A stretch of DNA of 64,000 nt. It comes from an uncultured Anaerolineae bacterium (GTDB taxonomy: Bacteria; Chloroflexota; Anaerolineae; J036; Brachytrichaceae). Shown in pieces: positions 48,458 through 58,347 of the stretch. Below the pieces are notes generated by a model. That model did no database searches, was not told where the DNA came from, and saw nothing but the letters and a program-made list of their open reading frames with translations. The number at the start of each line of letters is the position of its first letter. The first letter of the stretch is position 1. The DNA is taken from the NCBI GenBank assembly GCA_938028725.1, contig CALIMH010000009.1:62529-126528 (forward strand), written 5' to 3'. Both the position numbers and the translations under genes were made by a program.

Positions 48458-50259
48458 GATGACACCACTCGCGTTGAGTGTGCTGTCTTGCCACTATGAA
48501 GCATCTCATACAGTTCTACAAACATCGCAGCTGACCACAACTGGATAAAACAGAGACCGCTGGGTATGAGCTCTTTGAACGTGCCGAGCTGCCCGGGCGC
48601 TGTCAGAGTGGATGCGATGTTTTGCAACAGCCGCACTCCAACCTCGTGATCACCCATGGTGATAGCAGTTTTGGCCAATAGTGCGGTTGGCAGTGTCCAG
48701 ACCCGTTCATCTGCTCCGAGGGTGTGAGGCATCCCATATTCATTCACCCAGCCTTGGATGATGGTGTCCAAAACGCGACGTGCACGTTCGGGGCTTGCAA
48801 GCCCTACCTCGAGCGGCACGATCTGTGTCCAGTGCTTGTCGAGCTGCCTTCGCCCATCCCAGTCAAGCGAGTCTGCATATAAGCCGGCCTCGTCGATCCA
48901 CCAATCATCTTCAAACCTCGCGGCGATGCGCTCAGCCCAGGCGAGTGCATCGGCAGCGTCCGCCGCGTAGTCAAAGTCGCTGTCCACGGCTTGCAGGTGT
49001 CGGGCAAGGGATGCAAAATCGTGCAGTGCACGCCAAGTGTAACAGACCGTATCAAGTTTAATTGGCGCCATGCCCTCCTTCTCGACCATTGCATTGCCAA
49101 ACGGGTAATCAGGAAACTTGGATTGCGGGAGAGTGAAAGCGCCGCGTAGGTAGTTCAACAAGCTGGTGCGACAAGCCAGATACATCTCCTTGGCAAACTT
49201 TCCTGTATCTTCAGTTAGCTCAACCACACGTCGCACTGCGCTCACGAATTGCGGTATCTCTTGTGTGTTGCCGGGATGGAAGACGTTTCCATCGGGAAGC
49301 ACTTCGTGTGGCACGCGCCCGCACTGGCGCAGCGCAACATTGCGCAACGCATGCAGGGCATCAATAGCTAGGTCGCTGCGACCGGCCAAGCATAAGCCCC
49401 CAACACTGTATGCCACGTCGCATCCAAATAGATTGGGATATTCTGGTAGACCGCTGATTGGGTAGTGTCCAATTTGAAGATCAGCCTCAAGTAACTTGAT
49501 GTTTAGCAGCGCACAGCGGTAAGCAGCTTCTAGTGAATCCCCTCGTAGCCGATCTGGCCTGGAGGCTAGGTAATAGACCTCTCGTTTGTGGGCTTGGCGT
49601 GGCTGTATCGCCTGAAGCAGTTTCCTCGCTTGCATTTGTGCGCCATGTTCTCCGCCAACGTGCGTGGCATATACGACAACGCGAGTGGTGAGCTGCTCGC
49701 CAGGCTTGAGGGTGCAGGATTGCCTCAACCCGCCCTCTGCGACTACGGCGACAGCGCGCTCTGGGTAGGCTGAGTCAAAAGCGATTAACATGGAGGGACT
49801 TTCTCGCGTAATAGTTTTGCCGCTTAGCATTGTGCTCATCCAGCATGGCCGCAGGTTAGGAACAACGTGATAAGCCAAGCACACTTCTTGCTCTGTCTCA
49901 TCGAGATTGTTGATAGCAATCTGGATAAATAAAGCCGGCTCTTCCTCATCCACCCATTCCAACTCGTGGATCATGAGAGTTCCTCTTTTCCGCACACGTT
50001 CTACACCCCAAAACATGCCTTTGAACTCAACCAGCTCTGCGGTTTCTCCGTTGATGGACAACCCCCAGCTATCGAGCGCTTTGAAAGGTTGTGCCCAGAG
50101 GCCACCCATTTCTCCCACCAGGTGTGCTTCACCCACCTTCGGTGGTGCGCCGCTCATCATGCCGATGGCGTACATTCGCTTCCCAGAGAGCACGTAGGGA
50201 TGATCCTCTTGAAGTGTTGCAGTGAGATGGATGTTGTCAAAGCATAGACGTTGGAGCAT
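48454..50259 (-). CDS. six-hairpin glycoside-hydrolase-like protein (amylo-alpha-1,6-glucosidase / GDE_C-like)
   Basis: The 601-aa ORF has blocks [12 protein letters not shown] and GRVPHEV and a C-terminal (alpha/alpha)6-like region. The family assignment is tentative. It has an ATGA overlap with glyQS. Confidence 0.5.
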   Translation of the reverse strand: MLQRLCFDNIHLTATLQEDHPYVLSGKRMYAIGMMSGAPPKVGEAHLVGEMGGLWAQPFKALDSWGLSINGETAELVEFKGMFWGVERVRKRGTLMIHELEWVDEEEPALFIQIAINNLDETEQEVCLAYHVVPNLRPCWMSTMLSGKTITRESPSMLIAFDSAYPERAVAVVAEGGLRQSCTLKPGEQLTTRVVVYATHVGGEHGAQMQARKLLQAIQPRQAHKREVYYLASRPDRLRGDSLEAAYRCALLNIKLLEADLQIGHYPISGLPEYPNLFGCDVAYSVGGLCLAGRSDLAIDALHALRNVALRQCGRVPHEVLPDGNVFHPGNTQEIPQFVSAVRRVVELTEDTGKFAKEMYLACRTSLLNYLRGAFTLPQSKFPDYPFGNAMVEKEGMAPIKLDTVCYTWRALHDFASLARHLQAVDSDFDYAADAADALAWAERIAARFEDDWWIDEAGLYADSLDWDGRRQLDKHWTQIVPLEVGLASPERARRVLDTIIQGWVNEYGMPHTLGADERVWTLPTALLAKTAITMGDHEVGVRLLQNIASTLTAPGQLGTFKELIPSGLCFIQLWSAAMFVELYEMLHSGKTAHSTRVVSS

Positions 50260-50280
50260 AAGAAACCCTCACAGACATGT

Positions 50281-50898
50281 TTACCGCATGATGCCCTCTA
50301 TCCATTGCAGACCGCTGGCGCAAGCCCAAGCGATAATGACCATGCGAACCAGTTTGCCTCCTAGCGTTGACAGGAAAAACACCCCAACTGGCATTTTGAG
50401 CGCGCCAGCGATCGTGCCACCGATGTCAAAAAATGGATTGGGCAACAAAGACAGCACAAATATGACCCAGCCACCAAACCTCCTCATGAGTTGGTGCAAC
50501 TGCTCATATGTTTTGCCGTGCGGTAGAAAGGCCCCTCCGCCGTAGCCAGCTAGATAACCCGTGACTTCGCCTAAAGAAGACCCAAATCCAGCAACTAGCC
50601 CAGTGGAAAGAATGCCATACATCGGCCCGCTTGCACACGCAATTACAAACGCCGGCGCTGGCACCAACACAGTAGCGTTGCCCAAGAAGCTCAGCGCAAA
50701 AACGCCAAATAAGCCTAAGCCTCGTAACGTTGTGAGCACCTCACGGAATTGGGAGGTGATCACAATTACAGCGACGCTGATCAAGAGCGCCAGCACCAGT
50801 GATATTAGTGCTCGCCTATCAATCGGCTTTTTGAGTGAAGCAGCGCGAATGGTAGCTTGCCGAGATGAATCCAATTGGGCCATAGGTTGCGATGTCAA
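50281..50898 (-). CDS. YqaA-like (DedA/VTT superfamily) membrane protein
   Basis: The block FGVFALSFLGNATVLVPAPAFVIACA...GFGSSLGEVTGYLAGYGG is typical of the YqaA/SNARE-associated family. It has a 4-nt overlap with the upstream MoaD-like gene. Confidence 0.6.
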   Translation of the reverse strand: MTSQPMAQLDSSRQATIRAASLKKPIDRRALISLVLALLISVAVIVITSQFREVLTTLRGLGLFGVFALSFLGNATVLVPAPAFVIACASGPMYGILSTGLVAGFGSSLGEVTGYLAGYGGGAFLPHGKTYEQLHQLMRRFGGWVIFVLSLLPNPFFDIGGTIAGALKMPVGVFFLSTLGGKLVRMVIIAWACASGLQWIEGIMR

Positions 50899-51158
50899 CC
50901 ACCACTCATTGCAGGTATCAAGTGCACTTCGCTGGAATCCCGTACGGGCTGTCGCAGGCCTTGTTTGCTTGTCACACCATCCACCACTAGAGAAATGGTG
51001 GGTCTAAGCTGACCACTAGCAACCAACCTAGCTCTTATGCCAGGATAACGTCGCTCGAGATCATCTATTAACTCGCCTACATTGCTGCCGTTGGCTTGCA
51101 CAAAGGCGGCACCGTTTGTGAGTGTGCGAAGCAGAGCCGGAATCCATACAGTTGCCAT
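50895..51158 (-). CDS. MoaD/ThiS-family ubiquitin-like sulfur-carrier-type protein
   Basis: The 87-aa ORF has a beta-grasp-like pattern and a C-terminal ...IPAMSGG diglycine immediately before the stop. Confidence 0.7.
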   Translation of the reverse strand: MATVWIPALLRTLTNGAAFVQANGSNVGELIDDLERRYPGIRARLVASGQLRPTISLVVDGVTSKQGLRQPVRDSSEVHLIPAMSGG

Positions 51159-51195
51159 ATGCGGAGAAGTGTAACCACTTCATCGGAGTGGGCTT

Positions 51196-51879
51196 TTAAC
51201 TTTTACGCCAGTGCTCAACGGATCTTGCCAGTGCTTGTTGGGACTCTTGCAGCGCTGCTTCACCAAATGCTGAACGCAGCATAAGGATCAGCTTGGCGTT
51301 CGTCTCGATACGTTCGACAGCGTCGAAGACGCTGTCGAGATCACAGCCCACACAGAAAATGCCATGCCATGGAGCAAGCACCGCAGCAGCTTGTTGCTTC
51401 ATGCGTGTTTCCTGCCCGCGCAGTGCCTCCGAGACCAGACTGGCTAATTCACTGCTGTGAGCTGGCGCAAACTGCGTCACGCCTATCACACCAAACTTTA
51501 GCGTTGCCTCAAGCACTGGTGGAATGGGTTGACGCATGACGCAGAAGGCTAGCACATGTAAGGGATGGGCGTGAATGATCGCTCTCGCTTCAGGAAAGTC
51601 AGCGTACACTCGCAAGTGTACCTTGCTCTCGCGAGAAATCGCGCCCTCTCCGTGCATGACATTGCCCTGCAGGTCTGTGACCAGCACCTCCTCAGCAGAG
51701 AGCCGCCAGCGTCGGCGCTGGCCACTGTATCGGGGTGTGATGCAGATATGGCTGCTGACTCGTGCACTGATATTGCCGCCGGCGGCGTCGGTCAGGCGTT
51801 TCTCATAGAGCAACTGGCCGAGCACTGCAATCTTCGTGCGCACAGCCTGTATCTCCGCCGATAGTTCTGAGATTGTCAT
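51196..51879 (-). CDS. class II aldolase/adducin-domain protein
   Basis: Motifs are AAGGNISAR and the metal-binding IHAHPLH. The alternative start is TTG 51885. Confidence 0.8.
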   Translation of the reverse strand: MTISELSAEIQAVRTKIAVLGQLLYEKRLTDAAGGNISARVSSHICITPRYSGQRRRWRLSAEEVLVTDLQGNVMHGEGAISRESKVHLRVYADFPEARAIIHAHPLHVLAFCVMRQPIPPVLEATLKFGVIGVTQFAPAHSSELASLVSEALRGQETRMKQQAAAVLAPWHGIFCVGCDLDSVFDAVERIETNAKLILMLRSAFGEAALQESQQALARSVEHWRKS

Positions 51880-51950
51880 AAGCAAGTGTCATCGTCTGCC
51901 CTTTACAGAGACAGCGAATTGGCTCGCCCCATAGGATAACATCACAGCAC

Positions 51951-52808
51951 ATGCATATCACTAGCCGAACAAATCCACGTGTCAAGCACGTAGTAGCACT
52001 ACGAGAAAAGAAACAGCGAGACTCAGAGGGATTGATGCTGGTTGAGGGATTCGATCCGCTCACCCTTGCCCTGGATTGTGGTGTGCGACCTCGGGAGGTG
52101 TATGTTTGTCCTGAGCTATTCAAACCTGCGCATGCTCCTGATGCTCATGCCAAACTGCTCGATCGGGTGAAGGTGTTGTCTAACTTCGTTGCCACCACTT
52201 CGCGGCCTGTCTTCGAGAAAATGGCCTATCGAGATGGCCCGGATGGTTGGTTGGCTGTAGTGGACCGGCCCCATTTCAGCCTGTCCGGCATAGTCCTACC
52301 AGACGCGACAAGCCGGCCACCGCTGATACTTGTCGCGGAGGCAGTGGAAAAGCCGGGCAATATTGGCGCAATGTTGAGAACGTGCGACGCGGTGGGTGCG
52401 GATGCGTTTCTATTTTGTGACCCCAAAGCAGATATAACCAATCCGAATGTTGTGCGAGCTTCTCAGGGCACTTTGTTTAGCCTAGGTGTTGCTTGTTGCT
52501 CTAATGAGCAAGCGTTTGAGTGGTTGCGCGCACACCGCATTCGCATCATTGCAACGACCCCTAATCTGATATCAGGTGTGCCTCTGCATGAGTATACCAA
52601 TATTGACATGACCGGCCCCTGTGCAATTGTGGTAGGTGAGGAGAAATACGGTCTCTCCAAGTTTTGGCTAAGCCGTTGTGATCTTGCAGCTCAGGTGCCG
52701 ATGTTTGGGCGGATCAACTCGCTGAACGTGGCGACTGCAGCTGCATTGCTGCTATACGAGGCCTTGCGTCAGCGTCGTTCTCAGCATCAGCTTAATGCTG
52801 CACGATAA
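51951..52808 (+). CDS. TrmH/SpoU-family RNA 2'-O-methyltransferase
   Basis: It has an N-terminal substrate-binding domain (NPRVKHVVAL) and SPOUT motifs EKPGNIGAMLRTCDAVG and INSLNVATAAALLLYE. Confidence 0.85.
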   Translation: MHITSRTNPRVKHVVALREKKQRDSEGLMLVEGFDPLTLALDCGVRPREVYVCPELFKPAHAPDAHAKLLDRVKVLSNFVATTSRPVFEKMAYRDGPDGWLAVVDRPHFSLSGIVLPDATSRPPLILVAEAVEKPGNIGAMLRTCDAVGADAFLFCDPKADITNPNVVRASQGTLFSLGVACCSNEQAFEWLRAHRIRIIATTPNLISGVPLHEYTNIDMTGPCAIVVGEEKYGLSKFWLSRCDLAAQVPMFGRINSLNVATAAALLLYEALRQRRSQHQLNAAR

Positions 52809-52820
52809 TATGCGCGCATC

Positions 52821-53564
52821 ATGAGCAACTGTCAGCCGGTCATTCGACTTGATCGGGTGTCGAAAGCATATGACGAGGGTGATGCGCGCCGCATAGTGTT
52901 GCATCATGTCTCCCTGACGATCTGCAAGGGTGAGTTCGTGGTTCTGCTAGGCAAGAGCGGCAGCGGGAAAAGCACACTGCTGAACTTGATCGGCGGCATT
53001 GATGTGCCAACTGAAGGTGATATTTGGCTTGGGGAACATTGCATCACGGCTTTGAGCGATCATGAGCGTACGTTGCTTCGCCGTAAGTACATCGGCTTTG
53101 TCTTCCAAGCCTTCAATCTCATTCCAGTCCTCAATGTGCTAGAGAACGTGATGCTGCCACTTGAGTTGTCCGGCGCTCGTGGTGGAGAGGTGCGCGCGCG
53201 CGCACAATCGCTGCTGGAGCAGGTTGGGCTAGCACATCGCATGTCAGCGTTCCCAGACCAGTTAAGTGGTGGCGAGCAGCAGCGCGTTGCCATCGCGCGC
53301 GCACTAATCAGCGATCCACTTGTGGTTTTGGCCGATGAGCCAACCGGCAATCTTGATTATGAGACCGGTCAGACAGTGCTGGAGTTGTTAGACACGCTAA
53401 CCCGCCGCGCCGGTAAAAATCTCGTGATGGTTACTCACAGCGAAGACGTGATTGGCATTGCCGACCGTGTGCTGCGGCTGCGAGACGGTCACTTGATTGA
53501 GTCTCCAGCGACCTCCCCAGCTCCTAATGGCAGAGCGAGCACCCAGTATGTTACGTCTGCATAA
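52821..53564 (+). CDS. ABC transporter ATP-binding protein (LolD/MacB/FtsE-like)
   Basis: Walker A is GKSGSGKST, the signature is LSGGEQQR and Walker B is [12 protein letters not shown]. Confidence 0.9.
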   Translation: MSNCQPVIRLDRVSKAYDEGDARRIVLHHVSLTICKGEFVVLLGKSGSGKSTLLNLIGGIDVPTEGDIWLGEHCITALSDHERTLLRRKYIGFVFQAFNLIPVLNVLENVMLPLELSGARGGEVRARAQSLLEQVGLAHRMSAFPDQLSGGEQQRVAIARALISDPLVVLADEPTGNLDYETGQTVLELLDTLTRRAGKNLVMVTHSEDVIGIADRVLRLRDGHLIESPATSPAPNGRASTQYVTSA

Positions 53565-53587
53565 CTATGCGCATGCGATGCAGCTCT

Positions 53588-53626
53588 GTGTGCGCTTGAT
53601 GCAATTGCTCCGCACACCTATCGTTT
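53588..53626 (+). terminator. weak terminator-like hairpin after the ABC ATPase gene
   Basis: A GTGTGCG/CGCACAC stem (53588-53594, 53611-53617) has a 16-nt loop. It is followed by CTATCGTTTTG. Confidence 0.3.
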
Positions 53627-53662
53627 TGAGATTGAGAACTTGTTCTGCTCACCACTTTTGAC

Positions 53663-54634
53663 TCACCAGACTAAGCGAACAAAGCGCAGCTTTTCGATAG
53701 TGTGAAACTCGCCTCCTCCTTCATGGCGGTTGAATTCGTAAACTCGAATTTCTTTTGGTCCGCGCCAGTAATTAAAAGCTGCGAATACTGTGGACGGCGG
53801 GCAGATTTCATCCATCAGCCCGACGGAGAATAGAGCGCTTGCTTCAGCTCGCGCAGCAAAGTTCAATCCGTCGTAATAGCCTAGCACTTGAAAGACATCG
53901 TTGACGCGATTGCGATGCACCTGCAAGAATTTCTGAATCTCTACGTAGGGGCTGCTGTCAACCAGTGTCACCGCTCGACGGAAGTGACACAGGAAAGGTA
54001 CATCAGGCATAGCTAGCTTTACCGTCTTGGGTAGCAGGCCACTAACAGCGATAGTGATTCCTCCACCTTGGCTATTGCCGGTGCATGCAATTCGATCTGG
54101 ATCAACGGCGTCATGTAATTGTGCAGCTTCAACAGCACGGCATGCATCAACAAAAACTCGGCGGTAGTAATAAGTGTTGCGGCTAAGAATGCCGCGCGTC
54201 ATGAAACCTGGAGAATGAGGGTTACTGCCCTCCGGCTCAGGGTCTGGGGTGTCGCCATGAGACCAACCGCTGCCTTGACCACGGGTGTCCATTATGAGAT
54301 GCGCGTAACCGGCGCTGCTCCAAAGTAGCCACTGTGGTGGAAATCCGCGACCGCCGCCATAACCGATGAACTCCACAATACATGGCAATTTTCCATTCCG
54401 ATGCCGAGGCAATAGCAGCCATCCTTTCACAGGTTGACCGCCGTAGCCATTGAAGGTAACATCAAAAGTCTCTACTGTTTGCAGTCCAAAGTCCACTGGC
54501 TCGAAGCGAACGTGAAGAGGAGACGAGCGCGCTTCTGTGAGCGTCGCTTCCCAGAATCTGTCAAAATCCTCAGGTTCTTCTCGATTGGGGTAGTAGTGCC
54601 TCAATTCCTCAAGGGGGAGATCGAAGAAGGCCAT
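53663..54634 (-). CDS. acetyl xylan esterase / cephalosporin-C deacetylase (CE7, AXE1 family)
   Basis: The N-terminus is [16 protein letters not shown], with FWEATL and the nucleophile motif GNSQGGG. ATG 54634 is preferred; the 54760 start overlaps the upstream gene. Confidence 0.85.
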   Translation of the reverse strand: MAFFDLPLEELRHYYPNREEPEDFDRFWEATLTEARSSPLHVRFEPVDFGLQTVETFDVTFNGYGGQPVKGWLLLPRHRNGKLPCIVEFIGYGGGRGFPPQWLLWSSAGYAHLIMDTRGQGSGWSHGDTPDPEPEGSNPHSPGFMTRGILSRNTYYYRRVFVDACRAVEAAQLHDAVDPDRIACTGNSQGGGITIAVSGLLPKTVKLAMPDVPFLCHFRRAVTLVDSSPYVEIQKFLQVHRNRVNDVFQVLGYYDGLNFAARAEASALFSVGLMDEICPPSTVFAAFNYWRGPKEIRVYEFNRHEGGGEFHTIEKLRFVRLVW

Positions 54635-54641
54635 GCGACGA

Positions 54642-57002
54642 TCATAGCGGATGATTGCACCGATAAATGGCGCTACTGCCAATACGGAAGACCAAGTCAC
54701 AAACAGCAGCAATGCGGTCGTGTGTTGCCTCTCCAAAGCGTGCCAGTTCCAATTGACCAACGATGACGTACTCGACTCTAGCGGCTTTGAGCAATTGGCG
54801 TAGCAATTGAGGATCGTCGGTCTGGTATACCTGCGCGACTAACGCATGGCGTTCCCGTGCAAGCGCTAAATCACCTCGCCATTGATGTTGATGCCCTCCC
54901 CAGCCCAGCAGGGTGGGTAGCCCTGTAAAAGCCGATATGCGGCCGGTATGTTCATATGCTCCAAGCGTTGAGGCCTCAACAATGAAAGGGGCGCCGCTTA
55001 CGTTTTGATTTAGCCACCTGATAAGCGCAGCATCTTCGCTGTGTATTTGTTCAAGGTATGCTGCACCGTCGAGTGTTGGTTGTCTGCGAAAACCCTCTGC
55101 GCGCGCATAAGCTGCCATTGGCGCCCACAACATGCCAATGGCTAACATGAGCACCCCAACCACACTGGCTATCCTTGCCATGCCCTTTTGACTCCATAAC
55201 CACACCACAGCGCTGCCAAGGGCAATTGACCACAGCCACCAAGTTTGGTAGTAGAGCTTGAACACTGTGTTCATACGTGTGCCAAATAAATCTCGCACGA
55301 AAAGGAACTCTACTCCTAAAGCAGTCAGAGCGCCAACACCGAACAAAATGGAAGTAAATCGAGTAGCGGTGGAGAGTGACTCGAGTGTCACAAGGCCGGC
55401 AAGCTGCGTTGCGAGCACTAGCAGCAGAAGCGTTGTCCAAGGGTGGAGCAATCTCTGAGTAAACGCCCTTTGAATTTGCTCTGCACTAAAACCCAACACA
55501 GACTCGCCTCTAGCAAGAGACAGTATCAATTCGCGCGTATCTAGGTTGGCTAGGCTGGCGATGAACAGCATCGCAAACATGAGGGGGAGCAGTGCAATGC
55601 CGACAATCGCGTGCGAAACAATTTTTCGTATAGGCATGTTTTTGTGCAGCATAAAAGATAAAAAAAGAAAAAGACAAACAAAGAGAGTGCCAAACATCAA
55701 AGCGAAGTGAAGCAAGCGAGTGCCATTCAGTAAATTAGGGACAACGCCGCGAACCTGCGACGCAAAAGTCACCTGCCACGGAAAGTCAACGATTAAGCCC
55801 ACACACACAGTAAGGGCCAATAAGCTTAGCTCCCACAACCCGTTCGCCGAACGCAACGACCGAGAGCGCAGCAACAATGAAAGGACCAGCACCAACAACA
55901 ATGTTGGGACATCCCACGCATTTGTGAAAAGCGAAGTCGCGATCAACATGCTGGTCAGCCAAAGCTGCATCCATCCATCCACCCCAAAAAGCAACCGCCA
56001 GCCCCAAGGTGCACCGCTCGCAAGTGATAACGCGATACCAACAACCGCTAGGGCAAACGGCAAATTAAGTACGTGAGGATGAATGTCCCCTAGGATGAAG
56101 CTAAAGACAGGGGATTCCGTAATTACTTCCAAGCGACGCCCATCTGGCGCGAAATCCTGCACAACCCTTGACCAATTCCACCACCAGCCATAGAACCAAG
56201 TGGGGACTACAGCGTCACAACTAAACTGTCGAGAAGCCAAGTCTCCGATATTCAGCCATTCCCAGAACCAGCTTGGCAGCGCCTTCAGACAGTAAAGTAC
56301 ACCAAATATGGCCCCGAAATTCCCCGCCAACATTAAGGCTGCTAGCGAGACCGTCCCCGCAATCGCGCCACCGCGGGAAATGGCGGGTGAAGAAACTTTG
56401 CTCCCCAACGCATAACCTAAACTCCACGCTCCGCAAGCGGTCAATCCGATAAAACTGGCGCTACTTAGGTTGAATGCCATCGAAGGCTGAGCGCTGCTAA
56501 GGTGAGTCAGCATGGAAATGAGAACATAGCCAAAGTAGTAATAACTTAAGCTTTGGCCCGCTAGCCAAGCATCATTTGGGGGAAATTGGTGACTGCGAAG
56601 CACTGCATGGATCATCATAGACTCCATGAACTTTTCGCCCCCTGCAGGCATGATATCTGGCTGATAGGCACGCAGAAGCACCCCAGCGATGTAAAAAAGT
56701 AAGAACACTAATTCCGTAGCAACAACCAAACGAGCGCCAGGAAGGCGCGGAGAGTGCTGAAGTGGCAGACACAGCGCCACAATCCAGATGCTCACCAACG
56801 CCAGTAATGCCGCACCAGTGCCGTTTTGCGCAAATCCGGCTAGCACGGCATACCAATAGATAAAACCACCGAGGGCGAAGCCGATCGCTTTACCCATGCC
56901 GTATCCACGATCGGCAAGCTCACGCAACCACCGAGAAGTGAGCACAGAGCCTGCTAAGCCGAATGCTTGAAGACAGAGGTACCAGCTAATTGCTGCAACC
57001 AT
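54642..57002 (-). CDS. chlor_Arch_YYY / DUF2298 large polytopic membrane protein (GT-C-like)
   Basis: It has more than 15 TM segments, the hallmark SLSYYYFGY motif and a C-terminal soluble region. ATG 57002 has AAGG upstream; the alternative is TTG 57020. Confidence 0.75.
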   Translation of the reverse strand: MVAAISWYLCLQAFGLAGSVLTSRWLRELADRGYGMGKAIGFALGGFIYWYAVLAGFAQNGTGAALLALVSIWIVALCLPLQHSPRLPGARLVVATELVFLLFYIAGVLLRAYQPDIMPAGGEKFMESMMIHAVLRSHQFPPNDAWLAGQSLSYYYFGYVLISMLTHLSSAQPSMAFNLSSASFIGLTACGAWSLGYALGSKVSSPAISRGGAIAGTVSLAALMLAGNFGAIFGVLYCLKALPSWFWEWLNIGDLASRQFSCDAVVPTWFYGWWWNWSRVVQDFAPDGRRLEVITESPVFSFILGDIHPHVLNLPFALAVVGIALSLASGAPWGWRLLFGVDGWMQLWLTSMLIATSLFTNAWDVPTLLLVLVLSLLLRSRSLRSANGLWELSLLALTVCVGLIVDFPWQVTFASQVRGVVPNLLNGTRLLHFALMFGTLFVCLFLFLSFMLHKNMPIRKIVSHAIVGIALLPLMFAMLFIASLANLDTRELILSLARGESVLGFSAEQIQRAFTQRLLHPWTTLLLLVLATQLAGLVTLESLSTATRFTSILFGVGALTALGVEFLFVRDLFGTRMNTVFKLYYQTWWLWSIALGSAVVWLWSQKGMARIASVVGVLMLAIGMLWAPMAAYARAEGFRRQPTLDGAAYLEQIHSEDAALIRWLNQNVSGAPFIVEASTLGAYEHTGRISAFTGLPTLLGWGGHQHQWRGDLALARERHALVAQVYQTDDPQLLRQLLKAARVEYVIVGQLELARFGEATHDRIAAVCDLVFRIGSSAIYRCNHPL

Positions 57003-57022
57003 AGTGAGCCTTGGCCCCAAAG

Positions 57023-58306
57023 CTATCTCAGTTTCATGGCAGACGCTACTTCTGCAACTGTGCTCACCACCTGGGGCCTCGGAGCGGCTTGCATGGCTGA
57101 GCGAACATCTTTCAACCCACTTCCAGTCAACTGAAGTACTACCTCGTCGTCACTTCGGATGAGACCGCTGGAGATCCCCTTCTCGAGAGCGACCACTGTA
57201 GCAGCGCAAGCTGGCTCAACAAACACACCAGTGCATTCGGCAAGCACACGCATTGCGTCGAGCATCTCCTCGTCCTCCACTTCAACCACTGCCCCGTTGC
57301 TCTCCTGCACAGCACGTAAAGCCATGACACCATCACACGGCCGATCTACGCTAATCCCGCTAGCTATAGTGGTAGATGGAATTGTTTCAAAAACCTCACT
57401 CCCCCTTTGCCAAGCACGGTACAGTGACGGGGCTCTTGAAGCGGTGGCAGCAACAAAGCGCGGGACGTGCATCACCCAGCCAAGGGCATGCAGTTCTTGG
57501 AAGCCTTTATAGAGGCCACTGATGATGTTGCCATCGCCCACAGGCACGATCATCACATCCGGTGCACGAAAGAGGACGGTGCTGACCGAATTAGCCTTCT
57601 CTTCGTAACGCGCCAATTGTTCTGCGATCTCAAACGAAGCGGTCTTCTTACCCTCACGGGTAAGGGGATTAAAGCCTGTGTTGCGGTTATACCAGCCGAA
57701 CTCGTCACAGCAGGCCCTGGCAAGCGCGACAGCGTCATTGTAGCTACCGTCGACAATGAAAACACGCGCGCCATGAATAGCAATACTGGCAAGCTTGGCT
57801 TCTGGTGTGTTTTGGGGCACAAAGATAACAGCTTGCAAATGAGTGCCAGCACAAAGCGTTGCCAATGCTGAAGCAGCGTTGCCAGTTGAGGCCACGCAGA
57901 TCACCTGTTTATTGCTTGCCAATGCTTTGGCAATGACCACGGCACTGGCCCGATCTTTGAACGAGGAGCTGGGCAAGCGGGTATCGTCCTTTAGCCACAC
58001 TCGGTATGCGCCAGTTCGCTCCTCGAGCTGATAAGCGCGATAGAGTGGCGACCAACCTAAGTTTGAGAGTGGTGTGTTCGGACGGCTATATGCCGAGCCG
58101 TCATAGGGAAGCAACGCAGCGTAACGCCAAATTGAGCGATCGGCACAATGGACGATCCAACGTGGATCGACTTCACGCGCCATTTGCTCGTAGTCATACA
58201 CTGCCACTAAATTGCCCCCATCCACCGGGCACACATACTCTGTCGCGTGTGGAGGAAACTGCCTGCCACAAAGGCTGCATCTGAAGCCTTGCCAGTAGGG
58301 ATTCAT
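57023..58306 (-). CDS. thrC: threonine synthase (with N-terminal zinc ribbon)
   Basis: The zinc ribbon is CSLCGRQ...YVCPVDGG. The PLP lysine lies in SSFKDRAS and GNAASA is present. Confidence 0.9.
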   Translation of the reverse strand: MNPYWQGFRCSLCGRQFPPHATEYVCPVDGGNLVAVYDYEQMAREVDPRWIVHCADRSIWRYAALLPYDGSAYSRPNTPLSNLGWSPLYRAYQLEERTGAYRVWLKDDTRLPSSSFKDRASAVVIAKALASNKQVICVASTGNAASALATLCAGTHLQAVIFVPQNTPEAKLASIAIHGARVFIVDGSYNDAVALARACCDEFGWYNRNTGFNPLTREGKKTASFEIAEQLARYEEKANSVSTVLFRAPDVMIVPVGDGNIISGLYKGFQELHALGWVMHVPRFVAATASRAPSLYRAWQRGSEVFETIPSTTIASGISVDRPCDGVMALRAVQESNGAVVEVEDEEMLDAMRVLAECTGVFVEPACAATVVALEKGISSGLIRSDDEVVLQLTGSGLKDVRSAMQAAPRPQVVSTVAEVASAMKLR

Positions 58307-58315
58307 GCAAGGCTC

Positions 58316-58321
58316 ATTGTA
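58316..58321 (-). promoter_or_regulatory. candidate -10 box (TACAAT) 9 nt upstream of the thrC ATG (leaderless-type)
   Basis: The minus strand reads GTGGCTACAATGAGCCTTGC-ATG with no SD. Confidence 0.4.
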
Positions 58322-58347
58322 GCCACAGCTTTAACAATGCGCACGAC

